Origin: Fidelibacterota bacterium
Lineage (GTDB): Bacteria > Fidelibacterota > Marinisomatia > Marinisomatales > JABMOV01
DNA: 22,902 nucleotides
Assembly (NCBI GenBank): GCA_046861395.1
Contig: JBHHUC010000033.1
Span: 1-22,902 of the forward strand
Direction: 5' to 3'
The notes beneath the pieces were generated by a model. It was not told the DNA's origin. It made no database searches and was given only the letters and a program-made list of their open reading frames with translations. A program made the translations under genes and the position numbers. Positions 18,155-22,902 of the stretch are shown piece after piece. Within the stretch, counting starts at the first letter, position 1, and every line of letters starts with the position of its first letter.

Positions 18155-18265
18155 AAAACACCAGAATATTTTTATAATTGCGACTCAAAATAGGAATTAT
18201 ATTACAGGAATTCTAATGGAAATTTTTCGGTAATACACCTATATTTGAAAGAAGCAAGGATTACA

Positions 18266-21259
18266 ATGCCTCACAGGATTCAACACACCGGTTTACGAGA
18301 AATTGACTTCCAGGACCTCATGGTTTTCCGGATTTATGAAATCATGCTGGTGTCCAGTCCCTATGATGCCTTCGTGCTGGAGGAAGGAGGGCGATTAACG
18401 GAACAAATCCTGGAAGAATATCATGGTATGAATTTCAACTATCCTCCCCGGGTCTGGCATGTCAATTCGGGGAAGGAAGCGCTGCAGTTGCTCAGTAGCC
18501 GCAAACTGGATCTTATCCTGATTATGACACGCATCACCGATATGAATCCGCTCCAGCTGGCGGAGCGAATCAAGGTCCGTTATCCCAAAAAACCCGTAAT
18601 CCTGCTGGCTTTTGACCAGAGCGAAGTGCACGAACTGCTTGATGTCAATCTCCTCCCCACCTTGCCGGTGGATCATATTTTTCTATGGACCGGACACGCG
18701 GAAGTACTGCTTGCCATTATCAAATTTATTGAAGACAAACGAAACGCGTCCCGGGATATCAAGAAAGGGGATGTGCGGGCAATTATTTTTATCGAGGATA
18801 CACCCAAGTATTATTCCACTATTCTGCCCATTCTGTATAAAGTGATCATGTATCACCAAACCAAACTATTGAACAAACATGCCTCAATCGCCGACCGGTT
18901 ACTGCATTTACGGGCCCGGCCAAAAATACTTTTCGCCACCACATATGAGGAAGCAAAATCATATTTCACTAAATTCCATCGCAATCTCTTTGGGGTCATA
19001 TCCGATATTCGTTTTCCCAAGGACGGGGTCATGAACCCCCGGGCAGGGATTGAATTGACCCACTATATCCGGGAAAAGGAACCTACCATACCAGTCATGC
19101 TGCAAAGTTCCGATCTCAGGCGCCAGGATGAGGCCCACCGAGAACAGGCAGCTTTTCTGAACAAACTATCCACTACCTTATTGCAGGATATCCGGGATTT
19201 TGTCTCGGAAAATTTCGGGTTTGGTGATTTTGTCTTTCGTTTGCCGTCTGGTGAAGAGGTTGGACGGGTCAGGGACCTGGAAGAACTGGAAGCGATCCTG
19301 TCTTCCATTCCGATAGAATCCATCCGGTACCATGCCAACAGCAATCATTTTTCCAATTGGCTGGCCGCTCGCGGAGAATTCGAATTGGCCTCCAAAATCC
19401 GAAGCCGGTCGGAAACCGATTATGATTTCCCGGAAGAAAGAAGACAGTATTATATCACAATCATCCATGACCGCCTACACCCGGACCAGGAAAGAACCAG
19501 ACGGAAAATCAGCACCATTCAGGGGGATTTACCGCCCTTAATCCGCATTGGGAATGGTTCCATGGGTGGGAAAGCCCGGGGCTTGGTTTTTATTAATCGG
19601 ATTATCCGTGAACCGTCCTTCCGGAAGGAATTCCCCGGTGTCAATATCCGTATTCCATTGTCCATCATCATTGATACGGATGAATTTGATCATTTCATGG
19701 ACGAAAACAAACTTTGGGACGTGGCACTGGCGTCCAAATCCAACGACGAAATACTCGCTTCCTTCACACAGGCCAAACTTTCCAATAAACTGCTCATTGA
19801 ATTAAAAGCCTTTACCAAGAAAGTGACTTTTCCTATCGCTGTGCGGTCCTCCGGTATTCTGGAAGATTCCCAGTACCGACCCCTGGCCGGTTTCTATTCC
19901 ACCTTCATGCTCCCGAACAACCACCCGGAGCAAGCCGTACGTTTCAGTCAGCTGTGTGAGGCTATCAAGCGCATTTATGCCAGTATGTATTATCAGGTCC
20001 CCAAGAGTTATTCCCAGAAATCCCAGCATCGCCATGATGAAGAAAAAATGGCCATTATCATCATGGAACTTATCGGTCATCCTTATGGTGATAAATTTTA
20101 CCCAACCCTGAGTGGAACAGCACAATCCATTAACTACTACCCCGTGTCCTACATGGAACGATCGGATGGTATTGCCACCATCGCCCTGGGGTTTGGAAAA
20201 ACAGTTGTGGAGGGAGAACGATCTCTGCGTTTTTCACCCAAATACACACATATCCTGCCGCAGTATTATTCGGTAAAAGCAACCCTGGCCAGCTCCCAGA
20301 CCCATTTTTACGCGTTATCCCTTGATCCGGGGAAAGATCCCCTTGAGCAAGGTGAAGAAGGCAACCTGCAACGCTATCATATCGACGTCGCCGAAAAGGA
20401 TGGCACCCTCTACTGGGCCGGAAGTGTCATCGATTACGAGGACAATATCGTCCGCGATTCGCTGCGTTATTCCGGACCCCGTGTGATTACATTTGCTCCC
20501 ATTTTGAAATATAATCAATTTCCACTGGCTGATATTATCACCCGATTATTAAAAATGGGGGAACACGCTTTGGGCTCACCGGTGGAAATCGAATTTGCCG
20601 TTAATCTCTTTCGCAAGAAAGAATTAACCCCGGAATTTTGTCTTCTTCAGATTAAACCCATGGCAATGAATACACTCGAGTATCACGAAGATGCCACGAC
20701 CCTGGAAAAACAGAATATCTTTGCCCGTAGTTCCGTTGCCCTGGGAAATGGTCGGATCGATGGCCTGCAATATATTCTCTACGTAAATCCGGACACCTTC
20801 GACACTGGACGAACCAAGGATATCACTGTTGAAATTGAGACTCTCAACAATGCCATGCAGGAAGATTATATCCTGATCGGACCCGGACGCTGGGGAACGG
20901 CCGATCCGTGGCTTGGTGTGCCGGTTCGCTGGAACCAGATTTCAAATGCTAAAATCATCGTTGAAATCGGAATCGAAGATTTTCCCATTGATCCCTCTTT
21001 CGGCAGTCATTTTTTCCAGAATGTGACCAGTATGCGACTAGGCTATTTCACAATTAATCATAAAAGTACGGTGGATGGTCTGGATTCGGATTGGATTCAA
21101 TCGCTGGAAATCGTTGAACAATTAAAATACACTACCCTCTATAAAACACCGCGTCCCATGTTGGTTACCATCGATGGTAATACCGGCGAAGGGTTGATTC
21201 TGAAACAAATCATCGATGAACGCCTGATCATGGACGAACAGGAAAGCAGCGGTATATAA
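18266..21259 (+). CDS. Receiver-like domains fused to a PEP-synthase/PPDK-type ATP-grasp domain and a C-terminal swivel-like domain; function unknown
   Basis: IIFIED...VISDIRFP...QSS...FLNK receiver; GGKARGL, AVRSS..EDS....AG.Y, EIEFA, LLQIKP ATP-grasp; GSHFFQN; ATG at 18266 preceded by AAGGA (track start 18245 is TTG). Confidence 0.88.
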   Translation: MPHRIQHTGLREIDFQDLMVFRIYEIMLVSSPYDAFVLEEGGRLTEQILEEYHGMNFNYPPRVWHVNSGKEALQLLSSRKLDLILIMTRITDMNPLQLAERIKVRYPKKPVILLAFDQSEVHELLDVNLLPTLPVDHIFLWTGHAEVLLAIIKFIEDKRNASRDIKKGDVRAIIFIEDTPKYYSTILPILYKVIMYHQTKLLNKHASIADRLLHLRARPKILFATTYEEAKSYFTKFHRNLFGVISDIRFPKDGVMNPRAGIELTHYIREKEPTIPVMLQSSDLRRQDEAHREQAAFLNKLSTTLLQDIRDFVSENFGFGDFVFRLPSGEEVGRVRDLEELEAILSSIPIESIRYHANSNHFSNWLAARGEFELASKIRSRSETDYDFPEERRQYYITIIHDRLHPDQERTRRKISTIQGDLPPLIRIGNGSMGGKARGLVFINRIIREPSFRKEFPGVNIRIPLSIIIDTDEFDHFMDENKLWDVALASKSNDEILASFTQAKLSNKLLIELKAFTKKVTFPIAVRSSGILEDSQYRPLAGFYSTFMLPNNHPEQAVRFSQLCEAIKRIYASMYYQVPKSYSQKSQHRHDEEKMAIIIMELIGHPYGDKFYPTLSGTAQSINYYPVSYMERSDGIATIALGFGKTVVEGERSLRFSPKYTHILPQYYSVKATLASSQTHFYALSLDPGKDPLEQGEEGNLQRYHIDVAEKDGTLYWAGSVIDYEDNIVRDSLRYSGPRVITFAPILKYNQFPLADIITRLLKMGEHALGSPVEIEFAVNLFRKKELTPEFCLLQIKPMAMNTLEYHEDATTLEKQNIFARSSVALGNGRIDGLQYILYVNPDTFDTGRTKDITVEIETLNNAMQEDYILIGPGRWGTADPWLGVPVRWNQISNAKIIVEIGIEDFPIDPSFGSHFFQNVTSMRLGYFTINHKSTVDGLDSDWIQSLEIVEQLKYTTLYKTPRPMLVTIDGNTGEGLILKQIIDERLIMDEQESSGI

Positions 21260-21287
21260 TAACAGGGGGCCGCAGCCCCCTGTTATT
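21258..21287. terminator. Bidirectional intrinsic terminator between convergent genes
   Basis: 13-bp perfect inverted repeat AATAACAGGGGGC-CGCA-GCCCCCTGTTATT. Confidence 0.88.
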
Positions 21288-21304
21288 GCAGAGATTAAGT
21301 ACGT

Positions 21305-22654
<1,350 letters not shown>

Positions 22655-22787
22655 TTATTTAATTAAAAATACCTGACAATTCTATCTAGAATTATCGGGT
22701 GAAATTACGGAGCTAACGTGACTCAATTTGTAAGAAATTTAATGCTTTGAAAAAATATTTTCGTGTTGACTGGGACTGGAATAAGAT

Positions 22788-22819
22788 TTTGATTTCCAAC
22801 AAGCCCTCCCCTAATTTTC
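22788..22819 (+). promoter_or_regulatory. Possible promoter for a divergent gene beyond the window
   Basis: TTTG-N20-TAATTTTC followed by GCCGCTTTTTT, resembling TAAATTTGCCACGCTTTTTT upstream of tRNA-Gly. Confidence 0.35.
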
Positions 22820-22849
22820 GCCGCTTTTTTACCCTAAGGTACAAGTACT

Positions 22850-22887
22850 TCCACCTACATCACCTCACGGTGATTACGGTGGACAGG
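22850..22887. repeat. REP-like interrupted palindrome
   Basis: TCCACC-TAC-ATCACC-TCAC-GGTGAT-TAC-GGTGGA-CAGG: two 6-bp stems separated by a symmetric TAC/TAC internal loop. Confidence 0.5.
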
Positions 22888-22902
22888 CAGTTGGTCAGTT
22901 CT

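Noticed and set aside
18155..18265. Specific promoter boxes in the divergent comF intergenic region
   Set aside because: AT-rich and likely to hold promoters, but I found no correctly spaced element pair
18266..21259. Annotation as ppsA or ppdK
   Set aside because: No C-terminal pyruvate-binding barrel, and N-terminal receiver domains are present

Overview
Bacterial chromosomal window, mostly housekeeping genes. Gene style suggests an FCB-superphylum organism, possibly Ca. Marinimicrobia; this is inference only. A tightly packed minus-strand run from 18154 to the left edge reads comF, pgk, tpiA, secG, tRNA-Leu(GAG), TPR protein, HAD hydrolase, acpS, nnr, vanZ-like, recN, murA, trkA, trkH, DUF1611, dipeptide epimerase, mce, UshA-like lipoprotein, rhodanese, DoxX/MauE, tRNA-Gly(GCC), then tandem GIY-YIG genes. 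On the right, a plus-strand receiver/PEP-synthase-like fusion converges on gdhA across a shared terminator. The ORF track misses the main signal: the 324-aa ORF at 1413..2387 extends upstream through an in-frame UGA (2454..2456) in a C-G-U motif, followed 11 nt later by a bacterial SECIS hairpin with a GGUCU loop. This is a secreted UshA-like selenoprotein, translationally coupled to a membrane rhodanese and a DoxX/MauE protein, and a candidate extracytoplasmic Se/S redox module. Also notable are an integrase-free tandem GIY-YIG unit that duplicates the tRNA-Gly 3' half, and the receiver/ATP-grasp/His-domain protein beside gdhA.
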